This document shows positions 1 through 11,890 of a stretch of 64,000 nucleotides of DNA, in pieces; within the stretch, counting starts at the first letter, position 1; each line of letters begins with the position of its first letter. This DNA comes from Selaginella moellendorffii. Lineage: Eukaryota > Plantae > Lycopodiophyta. The notes beneath the pieces were generated by a model. That model worked only from the letters and a program-made list of their open reading frames with translations, ran no database searches and had not been told where the DNA came from. The DNA lies in NCBI RefSeq assembly GCF_000143415.4, contig NW_003314310.1:1234611-1298610 (forward strand), given 5' to 3'. The position numbers and the translations under genes were made by a program.

Positions 1-3000
1 TTCCACCATGTCCCGCTGCCAGAACATCATGATGTTCCCGCAGAAATAATTGCTAAAGATCCTTAGAGGGAAGATACAATCTTTTTTGCTTATAGAATAT
101 AAGCCCATCCCGAACTGAGAAGTGAAGCTTTGCATTGGTGCGACTAGCAACTTTTGTTGCTTCGCTACCAGGGCTTTACTTCAACAACCCTGCACGGCAT
201 AAGATTGCTTTTGCCAATGGATCACTTCCATATGAAGCCCGAACGTCTTCCAACTAGTCCGAACTGATTGCCGATATTTCCCGGAACTGAGCTTGACGAC
301 TCAACACATCCGGAACAATATTGTCTTTATTAGGTTTATATATGATTTCAATATCATATCTAGCAAGCTTCTCTTGCCAACAAGCCTGCTTCGGCGTAAG
401 CTTAGGCTGCGTAGCAAAGTAGCTTAATGTGTTAGTATCTGTATAAACCTTGGTGTGTCCACCCAAGTAGTGTCTCCAGTGTTCCAGGGCCGACACTATA
501 GCAAACATTTCTTTCTCATGCGTTGGCCATCTTCGTTGGGTTTCATCCAATTTCTTGGAATAGAACGCAACGGGACAACCATGTCACTCTAGCGTAACAC
601 CAACCTCTTTGTCACAATCTTGCTGTAACACGGCACCAATAACATAACCAGATGCATCACAATGCACTTCGAAGGGTTTATCAAGATCTGGGATCCTAAG
701 AACAGGAACCGTAGTCAAGATCTCCTTCAACTATACAAAAGCACGCTGACAAGTTGGTGTCTAGTGAAACGGAATACTACTCTTCGTCAACTCAGTCAAC
801 GAAAGAGCAATTCTTACAAAATTGTGGACAAACTTGTGATACTATCCTGCCAAACCGAGAAAGGAACGAACATTTGATATAGTGGTCGGAACTTCCTAGG
901 ACTTCACTGCTTCCACCTTCTTTGGATCGACCTCAATCACGCCACCACCAACTATATGTCCGAGAAAGTTTACGTGCAATTGTCCAAAAGCGCATTTACT
1001 TTCCTTAGTATACAGTTTGTGTTCGCGCAACTTCTGAAACACCAGCTCCAAGTGTTTCAAATGATCCTCCAACGTTTCGCTAAAGACTAGAACATCGTCA
1101 ATATATAGGACAACAAATGCGTCCAAATAATCTCCGAATATTCTATCCATCATAGTGTTGAACGTTGCCGGAGCATTGCATAACCCAAACGGCATGACAA
1201 GGAACTCATAAGATCCATACCGAGTCTTAAAGGCTATTTTCTCCACATTTTGATCAGCCACCCGTATTTGATGATACCCAGACCGCAAATCAAGTCGTGT
1301 AAAATACTTAGCCTTTAAGAGTTGGTCAAACAAGTTATCAATGCGAGGCAAAGGATAACTGTTCTTAACTGTGATCTTGTTAAGTTCCCGATAGTCAATA
1401 CAGATCCTCATGGTTCCATCCTTTTTCATAACAAAAAGGACTGGCGCTCCATAAGGTGACTTGCTGGGTCGGATATGACCTTTGTCAAGAAGCTCCGTGA
1501 GTTGCTTCTTGAGTTCAGCCATCCCCTTGATGTTCAACAGATATAGAGCTTTCGTAAGTGGTTTAGAACCTAGAATAACCTCAATCCGATGATCAACCTC
1601 ACGGCTAGGAGGTAGCCCTAGCGGCAAATCCTATGGAAAGATATCTTGATTCCTCGCCAACAACTCCAATATCCTCTTTGGTATAGGATCAACCCCGTCA
1701 CTAATTCGAACTGAGTCACTAATTCCCTCAACTTCCATCACTTGAACCCAAAAGGTCCGACATCCCCTCTTAACTGCTTTTTGAGCGGCCCTTGTAGTCA
1801 AGAACTTTCCATCCCAATCCTTTGAGGAACGCTTTTGCAACTGGAAGGACACATCGGGTCGTCCTTCGGACTTCAATGTAATACAACTTTGTCTAGCACC
1901 ATAAATCCCTTTTATATATTTGTTGAAGAAGTCTATACCAAACACCATCTGAAAATCTGGTATCTTCAACACTACCAAGTCCACTCTTTCTTTCCACTTG
2001 GATATCTTTATTAGAACATCACTCACAAACTTTCTGGCTACTTGCCCACCTTCCGCAAACCGGAAGTGCATAGGCGACATTTGCTCAGCATTCAATCCTA
2101 ACAACTTAACTAAGTCTTCAGATATCACGTTGTGTGTAGCTCCCGTGTCAATCATCACTCAGATTCAGTGTCCATGGACAAAGCCTACTAGATACATCAA
2201 CGGATCAGTGTTTGCATTGACTGCAAGAAAATCTTGAGGAAAGCAACGAAAGTTACTCACCTCTTCTTCCTCATAGTCTGCATTGACCAACTCGTCAACC
2301 CCTTCAGCTTTACCACCACCGTCTTCCCTCATGACATTAACTCGAGACTTTGTCTTATGTTTTCCGAGGACCTATGTCCCGACTCTCCACAATGGAAACA
2401 ATGACCCACACTAGGAGTAGGTTTTGTAGGTTGCTACTGCTTGTACCCACCAGGAGGAGGAACAGAGGGCCTAGGACCAGAAGAAGCTGTTGGTGGTCTC
2501 CAACCACCATCACCTTTATTAACTGTTGCTTGTGAGCCTCCAAAGCAGAACCTACTTTCCACCCTTTATTTTCAATCACCTTGTTTATTCCCAGAATTCC
2601 TATTCTTGTCCAAGTTACCAGCATACGGTTGCTGATATTGTTCCATGAGCGAGTGACTAAAGGCAACTTGCTGCACTGCCTCCTTACACTCTAGGTACGT
2701 TTTTGGCTTAAACTTCAAAATCTTATTACAAGAAAGTGAATTTAAACCCTCCAGGAAATAACTCCGAGCATCTTCGTCACTCATATTTGCAATCATAATG
2801 CGCTTCTGAGCAAACGCATTAACGTAATGCATGAGATCCCCTCGCTGCTTTAACCGCCGTAGCTCCATGCGAAGTCTCAGACCAAGATCATCCGGCAAGT
2901 ATTCCTTACAGATACGAGACCGCATCTTGGTCGAACTTCTAGTCTGCCCTTTTTCAGCACATACCTAGCGCCACCAAGTTTTGGCATGATTGGTGAGAAA

Positions 3001-3887
3001 GGATTGCGCGCACACAACTTTCGTACGATCATCTACGTCTGCCGCTATGAAATAATTTTCCATATCGTAGACCCAGTCCTCCAAAACTTGATAGTCCCGC
3101 ATGCCTCTAAAGTTGGGTGGTTTCGGAGGCTTGAATTTTGAAACTCGTGCAACCGGGGGCAGCTACAGAACTTCATTGTCCTCATAACTTGAAGAGGAGT
3201 CTGGTTGCTTAGGCTTAGCTAGTTTAGCTGCCTCAGTTTTTTTCTTCCTCTTCTTATTCTCCTTCTTCAATTTGCAAATCTCCCTTCGCAAATTCTTGAT
3301 CTTGACTTCCTGAGCCGTACACTGCAACACCGCAGCATCTGGCTCTTCCTCTTTCGACTCAGCCTCAGCCTCAGCCTCTTCCGCAACATCTCTAGTAGGA
3401 GTTTCCTCCTCTCGATTCGCCCGTCTAGAGGTTTCAGCGTCATTAGCACGGTTCCTCTTCACCATCCTGCTAGCTGCATGCATGCCTCTATCAGTAACTA
3501 AACATGCATACAACGTTCTTACCGAATGGTGCTATCCAACTAATCCTACACAGGTCGCTTAGGATCTACTAGAAAAGTCTGTGTGTATGCAACTTGAGTC
3601 AGAAAATCCAACAAAAGTTGGATAGGAATCGCTAAGACAATTTCTCTGATACCAAATGTAGCACACATGAATTTGGAGTCACGCTACAAAATGAGGGTCC
3701 GGTACGATCCCACGAGCACCAGCTCCCCGTATCTAGCACCTGCACGCAAAATGGTGCCAGACTCCGTCTGACACCATTTTACGTGCAGGTACTGGATATG
3801 GGGAGCTGGTGCTTGTGGGATCGTACTAGACCCTTGTTTCGTAGCGCGACGGGTTTGGAGTTCGGCTCCAAATTTAGGTGCACTACA
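1..3887 (-). mobile_element. Ty3/gypsy LTR retrotransposon (element H), 5' part; decayed gag-PR-RT-RNaseH; continues off the left edge
   Basis: Minus-strand ORF pieces: gag-like (2572-3513), protease (MIDTGATHN, 1631-2158), RT (YIDD, 896-1627), RNase H (WPTHEKEMFAIV, 254-550), separated by stops and frameshifts. tRNA-Met PBS (rc TGGTATCAGAG) at 3644-3654 lies next to a TG..CA LTR at 3657-3887. Confidence 0.93.
3657..3887 (-). repeat. 5' LTR of element H; almost the whole LTR is an imperfect inverted repeat
   Basis: Starts TGTAGCACAC and ends GTGCACTACA. Arms ~3697-3762 and ~3766-3831 are reverse complements differing only by transitions, with a 3-nt loop. Confidence 0.85.
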
Positions 3888-4151
3888 CTTGTCCGTTAAC
3901 CTTACAAGGATATAAGCTCTATTTCGTTAAAGTGGGAATTGTCATTATCCCACTTGTAAAATAAGGTTTCCAAACCTTTATATAGTTATAAATATAACAA
4001 AATTCAACTGCATTGAGGCATATGCCATTTTATTTTAAACAAGGAAATGTCTACTCAATCACTTCTCCTCCCCCTGCCACTGCTTCACCTCTCTCTTCTC
4101 CTTGTCATCGTCGTCCAATTTCTTTCCATCCTTTTAATATTGGCTCAGTTG

Positions 4152-5301
4152 TGTAAGCCACAAATTTTTCCTTTCCAATTTGCCAGCTTACCTCGCCTAT
4201 CCGTCCAACACCGCCTTGGCTTTTGCTAAGTTCCCTTGCCAAGGTTCTCGCCTATGGTACCAGCTCCTACTTGATCTCAGCTACTCACTGCACGAGCAAC
4301 GGAGTGTTAGCCACCATCCACGGATTCCCAAATCACTCCCAATCCCCCTCCCCAGGTTAGACTGGACTTAAGGTTCGGCTACACTCCCCGCAAGCACAAG
4401 CAGCCAAGCACACCAAGCTTCCAGGTTCCTAACATCCTTTGGTACCACAAGACTTGATCATGGGACCCTCTAAATCCCAAGTCTTGAGTGCAACACTTGC
4501 TTCGGGACGCTGGGGCGAAACACCGTGGCCTAGCGGCCCGGTATGGGTACCTCTCGCACCCCACTTCCATCCCGAAGGAAGGCCCAAGCCCCTAGGAAGG
4601 GCGAGGACCAATGAGCCGCATGGTACTCAAGTGGGGCACCACTCCACTTGAGCCGGGAGCACCGCAATCGGTTTCCCTTTTGGGAGTGGGAGCTGCTCTT
4701 GAGCACTTCCTTGGATGGCCCCTCCGGCACCAACCAAGTCCATGCTCACTCCCACCCAAGGCCCCTCGGTCCCAATCCCAACCTCAAGTCAGTTTGGGAG
4801 CCCCACTGGAGAGTCCCTTCTAAACTGGTTCCTGGACCTCACTATCCCTACTATACTTTTGGAACCCCTTGCAGCCCCCCCCCCCCCCTGGGAGACGCAC
4901 GCTTTGGGCTTTCACCCCTTGACCCGTATTAGTATTTGGACTTAGTCTCTGGCTCGATCTCGGACCCGATTTCGGATCCGACTTCGGATTCGGGTTCGGA
5001 CTCGATCTCGGACTCGATCTCGGACCCGATCTCAGACCCGACCTCGGACTCGACCTCGGACTCGGTCTCGGACCCGATTTCGGATCTCGGACTCCGTCTC
5101 GAACTCGGTCTCGAACTCGGACTCGAACTCGGTCCCCGAGTCGGTCTCGGACTCGATTCCGGACTCGATCTCGAACTCGGTCCTAGAGTCGGTCTTGGAC
5201 TCGATCTTCGACTTGGTCCCATCCGATGAACTCTTTGTCATTTTGGTCATGTTTTCGGGGTTCTTTTAGCCTACGACACCTCGGCGAGTTGGTTCTTTAC
5301 A
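4152..5301 (-). repeat. 3' LTR of family A element, with a 6/12-bp TCGGAC/TCGATC tandem array (~4950-5220)
   Basis: Direct repeat of 10535-11682; TG..CA ends. Confidence 0.96.
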
Positions 5302-5703
5302 ACTCTACCACCCATAGAAGAAGTTCGATGCCCACATTGAACGTCTCGTTTTATCCTACGACTTGTTGACCATGTCTCCGGGGGCATCCCCCCACTTAGC
5401 GGTGTGCCTAAGTTAGCCTCCCTGGCCAAGAGCCCATGACAACGGAATATAGGTGTCCCTATACTCCTCACCTCACCATGCCCTAGTATAGGGTCGGGAC
5501 TTGAACCCAACCTTGCTTTACTAGGGGGTTGGGACTCGAACCCAACCTCCGTAGAATACGTCTACGGATTCGACATCCCCGCAGGGAGTCGGGCGTAGCT
5601 CCCTACGCCTGGTCGACCTAGCTAACCCATGCTAATTAGCTTACCTTCGGCGCGCCTTCGGGTCCCAACATATGCCATTGCTCAACTTCTCAAATTGATA
5701 CTT

Positions 5704-8700
5704 TTAATTGAACTTTGCATAAGTACATAGAGTTCTGCCATGCAGAAATTCCTCCACTAGATCTCGCGCGTTCGCTAGGTTCTCCTCTGGTTCCCATGTT
5801 GCTTCGCAGTGTGGAAATCCTTTCCACTTCACATGGAACTCTCTCACCTCGCGTCCGTATCGCTTGCTCTTGCGCGCATTGAGGATGGCCTCGACTTCGT
5901 ATTCCTCCTCCCCTTGGATAACCTCAGGTAAAGGTCTTACTTGGTCCTTGCGAAGCGGATCCTCAAAATACGGCTTGAGTAAGTTCACGTGGAACACGGG
6001 ATGCATCTTCCCCATCTCTCGAGGAAGTCGGAGACGGTAAGCCACTTTACCAATTCGAGCCTCAATCTCGTAAAGCCCCGCGAACCTGCTTAAGGAACTC
6101 AAGATCAATTCATTTACAGGAATACATGCATTTTTACCTTTGGGTCAACTTCCGGCTGATCCCACTTGGTAGCCTGAGGTTCTTGGTGTTCAGCCACACC
6201 TTCTCCCCAACTTGGAACTCCACATCTCGACGCTTTTGGTTCGCGTACTTAGTTTGCCTTTGTTGAGCCCGTTCCAAGGAATCCCTCACTAGATTCCAAA
6301 TGTTGAGTCTTTCCGCCGTGAATGCCTCCACTGCGGGTAACTCTCCATGATACTCGGCCACGCCGAGTTCCACAGGACCTTCAATAGCTCGCCCATTGAT
6401 GACTTCCCATGGACTCACCCGATGCTCGAATGTGGTGAGTTGTTATAACACATTTCCGCAAGTCCCAAATGACTTACCCAGTCGGTCTGGTCTCCCGAGA
6501 CATAGCATCGCAAATAATCCTCCAGCTGCCTATTCACCCTTTCCGTTTGTCCATCTGTCAAGAAGTGTTAGTGTCATCAATCTTGACTCAATACCCATTA
6601 CCTGTCTGTGGGTGATAGGCCGTGCTGAATTTCAACTTGGTGCGATACTGTTCTAGGAGTGTCCTCCAGAACCTACTGGTGAAGATCTTATCTCGATCTG
6701 AGATAATCTCTTCCGGCCTTCCCCGCACTCGAACCACTTGTTCGAAGAATAGCTTCGCCACACCTTCCGCATCCACATCCGTTGTGGTGGGTATGAAATG
6801 TGCCATCTTTGAAAATCGGTCCACCACCACGAATATCGCATCGAACCCCTCGCTTGGGGGTAGTCCCGTGATGAAGTCCATCGTGAGACATTTCCACGGA
6901 CGATCTGGAATGGGGATGCTTTGCAACAAGCCCCCACTAGCCTTCGTCACGGCTTTGACCTGCTGACATGTTGGACATGTCTTTACATAGTCTTGGACGT
7001 CCTTAGCCATATCTGGCCAGTGATACTTCCTTTTGAGTAAGCCGATCGTCTTGGGCACTCCGCCGTGTCCCGCGAGAGGTCCGTCATGACACTCTTCCAA
7101 GGCTACCTTCCTTAGTTCCCCTTCTGGAACATACACCCTCGTTTGCTTGTAATATATGAGTCCGTTGCGTTCCGCATAGCCCGTTTTCTCTTCCGTTGGC
7201 AGCTCACCTCTTTGGTGAGCTTCCCGCGCCTCCAGATTCCTCAGCAACACTTCTTGTGCTAGACCATCACTCTCGTATGCGGTCCGCACATCGTCCCAAA
7301 AGGTTGCTGTCGCGCTAAATATCGCCAACTTCAAGCTTGCTTTTCGACTTAGCGCATCTGCCACGATGTTGCTCTTCCCAGGCTTGTACAGGATCTCGCA
7401 ATCAAACTCGGCCAAAGCATTGGCCAACCGACCTTGTTTTCCCCTTAGGTCGGGCTGTGACAAGAAGTGTTTCGTTGCCACATTGTCCGTGTAAACCTTG
7501 AAGTGTCTCCCAAGGTAGTGTCGCCACTCCTTGAGCGCCTTGACCACCGCAAACAATTCCTTCTCGTGGGCAGGCCACTTCCGTTGAGCCTTGTCCAGCT
7601 TCTTCGAGAAGAACGCTACTGGATGGTTGTCTTGCTTCAAAACTGCGCCCAACGCAAAGTCCGAAGCATCCGTGTCTACCTCAAATTCCTTACCAAAGTC
7701 TGGTAATGCCAACACCGGAGCCTTCCTCAACTTCCCTTTGAGGTGGACGAATGCCGCCTCGCATTCCGCTGTCCATACCATCTTCCCTTTTCCTGTTTGG
7801 TCCGTTAAGGGCAGGGCTACTCTCGAATAGTGTCTGATAAACTTTCGATAGTATTTGCATAGCCCCAGGAACGCCCTCAACTCATGTACATTCGATGGTC
7901 ATTCCCATTCCTGGATCGCTTGGACCTTCTCCGGGTCCACCTTGAGCCCGTCCTGGCCCACCACATGCCCGAGAAACTTTACCTCTTGTTGAGCAAAGTC
8001 ACATTTGCTCTCTTTAGCATACAGTTTGTGTTCCCTTAGTTTCTCAAACACCTTCACCAAGTGTTCGGCATGCTCCTCAAGCGTCTCGCTATAGATCAGG
8101 ATGTCGTCAATATAGACGACCACGAAGTGATCCAGATAGGGTACAAAGATGTGGTTCATCAACGCCGAAAACGTTGCTGGCGCATTGCACAGCCCAAAGG
8201 GCATCACCAAAAACTCAAAGCTCCCATACCTCGTTCGACAGGTTGTCATCTCGACATCTTCCTCAGCTACCCTGATTTGGTAGTATCCTGACCTTAGGTC
8301 AATCCTCGAGAAGTATTTTGCCTTTCCCAACCTATCGAACAGGTCCTCGATCCTTGGCAAAGGGTACTTGTTCTTCTTGGTATACTTGTTGAGCAACCAG
8401 TTGTCTATGCACATGCGCATAAATCCATCTTTCTTTTTCACAAATAGCACCGGCGCCCTATACGGCGACTTGCTCAACCTAACATACCCTTTGTCCACCA
8501 ACTCCTCTAGTTGGCTCTTGAGCTCCTTGAGTTCTTTTTCGTTCAATCGATAGGGTGGACAAACCACCGCCTCAGCACCCTTGACCAGCTCAATCTTATG
8601 TTCTATCGGTCGTGCGGGGGGCAACCCCGCTGGTAGCTCCTCCGGCATCGTATCCTGGAATTGGTCCAGCACCTGCTGGATCACTAAAGGTACTTCTTCC

Positions 8701-10475
8701 GTTCTTGTCTTTTTGTCACTCTTCACCGAGAGTAAGCACAAAAAGGCTGCCTTAGTTCCTTTAGTGAGTTGTCCTCTCGTGGACACCAGGTTTAAGCATA
8801 ACTCTTTGGCCTTGCTTTGCCCTACCTTTAGATCCTGGGCCTCCACCCTAGATCTTCTTCCTTGGGCATTCGCCAATACCACAAGGTTCCTACCTTGTCC
8901 ATGTAGGGCTACCACGAACCGATTAAACCAATCCATTCCGAAGATCACATCAAATCCCGCCATGTCCAAGACAGTGAAATCCATGTCCACTTTCCATGTC
9001 CCCACTTCGACTCTCGCTTGTCGAAGTACCTCATCGGTGCTTTGGCTACCCTGAACAAACTCTATAGTCCTTGGTTCGCCTAGCCGCTGCACCGTTAGTC
9101 CGGCTTGCCGGACTATGTCTGCAGCCACAAAATTATCCGAAGCACCCGTGTCAATAAGGATCTTAACAAAGCTACCTCCGAGCTTCCCTCGGAGGGCTAG
9201 TAGATGTTGCGAACGACTCTCTACCAAAGTTGCTCGTGTAATGAGTAACTTTGAGTTAGGGACTGGATCACATACCTCAGTTTGGACTTCACCCGACTTG
9301 ATGGCCATATTGGCTCTAGCCTTCTTCGGGTAGGGACATTCCCTCGAGAAGTGTCCCGCTTCGCCGCAGTTGTAGCATACGTTGTTTCCCACGCTGCTAT
9401 ACGACTTGACCTTCTTATCCGTGGGTTTGTCTTTTTTCGCTTGACTCCCCCACGTACTCGCTCGCTGGCCACCGGATTTGCCTTTCCGGAACCCCGAGGA
9501 CTCATTCTTAGAGAAACTCTTTTTGAATTTCCCCTTGCTATACGTTCCCCTTGGTTTGGCCCCTTTGCTAAATGTGGATCCCGACCCCGTCGTGTTCCCC
9601 TTTCGCAGGTTATCGTTGAAATGCACCTTGATGGCCGCATCCAACGCTTCCTTGTAGTTGGTCGGGTTCCACCGCATCACCTCACCGCGAGCCCAGGTTT
9701 GCAAACTTGATATGAAGGCATGGAACGCATCCATATCCCCCATGTCCGTGACAAGTATCCTCTTTGCCATGAACCCATTCACATATTCCTGGATGGTTCC
9801 AGTCTGCTTCAGCCTACTCAGCTCATCTCTCAGATGCAGAGTGGCATTCGGAGGAACGTATGTTGCACGGATCCTCGCCTTCATCATGTCCCAAGTGGCC
9901 ACTGGTCCTTCGTTGGCCTCCGTCGTTCTCCACCAAGACTTGGCATTATCTGCCAAGTATGGTTTTGCACATGGGACCTTCTCCGAGCTCGGTAACCGCA
10001 ATGCTCGGAAGTAGTCCTCCATATCGTAAAACCAATCCTCCACCACTTTATAGTCGTTCACTCCCTTGAAGACCGGTGGGGGCTTTGGTTTGTACTTGGG
10101 AACTGCCTGAGGGACTGATTCTACTTCGGTCTGTTCGACCTTGTCTGGTTTTGCCTCAGTCCCGGCCGAAAGATCCGCACCTTCTGCGCTGCCAGCATCC
10201 GCAGTCTTTTTCTTTTTCTTCCGCCTCTCGTCACGCTTTAGCTTGCGTACGAGAGTTTCCAGCAGGGCATTGGTCTGTGCCAACTATCCTTCTAGCATGT
10301 CCAATCGAGCCTTGGACGACCGAACCTCGCCACCGGACTCCTGTTTGGAAGTTTCCTCACTAGAGTCCTCCTCATGCAAGGATTCCTCATCCATAGCCTC
10401 TTGTTTGACCGGAGGCTCCAGCTCTGGCGGAGGTTCCGTCTCCGCCTGGGTTCGCTTACGCCCTGCCCTTGCCAT
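5704..10475 (-). pseudogene. gag-pol polyprotein (Gag, CCHC, protease, RT, RNase H, integrase, chromodomain) with two introns in the integrase region
   Basis: Motifs [38 protein letters not shown], and chromodomain EYEVEAIL..VKWKGFPHCEATWEPEENL. In-frame stops at 10284 and 7899, a 1-nt deletion near 6419, and GT-AG introns at 6555-6601 and 6086-6137. Confidence 0.93.
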
Positions 10476-10534
10476 CTCCCAGCAATCCGCCTCTATCCTT
10501 CGCTAGAACTGAGATAAAGGCTCCGATACCAAAT

Positions 10535-11682
10535 TGTAAGTCACAAATTTTTCCTTTCCAATTTGCCAGCTTACCTCGCCTATCCGTCCAACACCGCCTT
10601 GGCTTTTGCTAAGTTCCCTTGCCAAGGTTCTCGCCTATGGTACCAGCTCCTACTTGATCTCAGCTACTCACTGCACGAGCAACGGAGTGTTAGCCACCAT
10701 CCACGGATTCCCAAATCACTCCCAATCCCCCTCCCCGGGTTAGACTGGACTTAAGGTTCGGCTACACTCCCCGCAAGCACAAGCAGCCAAGCACACCAAG
10801 CTTCCAGGTTCCTAACATCCTTTGGTACCACAAGACTTGATCATGGGACCCTCTAAATCCCAAGTCTTGAGTGCAACACTTGCTTCGGGACGCCGCGGCG
10901 AAACACCGTGGCCTAGCGGCCCGGTATGGGTACCTCTCGCCCCCCACTTCCATCCCGAAGGAAGGCCCAAGCCCCTAGGAAGGGCGAGGACCAATGAGCC
11001 GTATGGTACTCAAGTGGGGCACCACTCCACTTGAGCCGGGAGCACCGCAATCGGTTTCCCTTTTGGGAGTGGGAGCTGCTCTTGAGCACTTCCTTGGATG
11101 GCCCCTCCGGCACCAACCAAGTCCATGCTCACTCCCACCCAAGGCCCCTCGGTCCCAGTCCCAACCTCAAGTCAGTTTGGGAGCCCCACTGGAGAGTCCC
11201 TTCTAAACTGGTTCCTGGACCTCACTATCCCTACTATACTTTTGGAACCCCTTGCAGCCCCCCCCCCCCTGGGAGACGCACGCTTTGGGCTTTCACCCCT
11301 TGACCCGTATTAGTATTTGGACTTAGTCTCTGGCTCGATCTCGGACCCGATTTCGGATCCGACTTCGGATTCGGGTTCGGACTCGATCTCGGACTCGATC
11401 TCGGACCCGATCTCGGACCCGACCTCGGACTCGACCTCGGACTTGGTCTCGGACCCGATTTCGGATCTCGGACTCCGTCTCGAACTCGGTCTCGAACTTG
11501 GACTCGAACTCGGTCCCCGAGTCGGTCTCGGACTCGATTCCGGACTCGATCTCGAACTCGGTCCTAGAGTCGGTCTTGGACTCGATCTTCGACTTGGTCC
11601 CATCCGATGAACTCTTTGTCATTTTGGTCATGTTTTCGGGGTTCTTTTAGCCTACGACACCTCGGCGAGTTGGTTCCTTACA
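10535..11682 (-). repeat. 5' LTR of family A element
   Basis: Direct repeat of 4152-5301; adjacent PBS. Confidence 0.96.
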
Positions 11683-11890
11683 AGTTGCTCCGAGTCTAGG
11701 TGGAGCCCAAGTCCCCATTCAATCTTTACTTTCCCCTTATTAATAAAACAACTTCATAGACTTCCAATAACATGCTGTAACACTTCTAGTATAATGCAAA
11801 TCCTCTCAAAGAATTGTCTTTTAATATTAATACAATGGCATGGAACCCCATGCCATAATAAGTTACATTTTTAAATAAATACATGCCATC

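Larger units (their letters stand above)
4152..11682 (-). mobile_element. Full-length Ty3/gypsy chromovirus (family A), recent insertion, inactivated by point mutations
   Basis: Near-identical LTRs at 4152-5301 and 10535-11682, TSD AGTTG (4147-4151 / 11683-11687), PBS rc TGGTATCGGAGC at 10520-10531, and gag-PR-RT-RH-IN-chromodomain order. Confidence 0.97.

Noticed and set aside
4929-5250. Ser/Asp/Pro-rich ORFs in several frames (also 11310-11631, 28602-29685, 31772-32750)
   Set aside because: Artefacts of stop-free 6/12-bp tandem arrays inside LTRs.
7899-7901. In-frame TGA (and TAG at 10284) as programmed readthrough
   Set aside because: The old copy has CGA at the TGA position; simple C>T mutations explain these stops.
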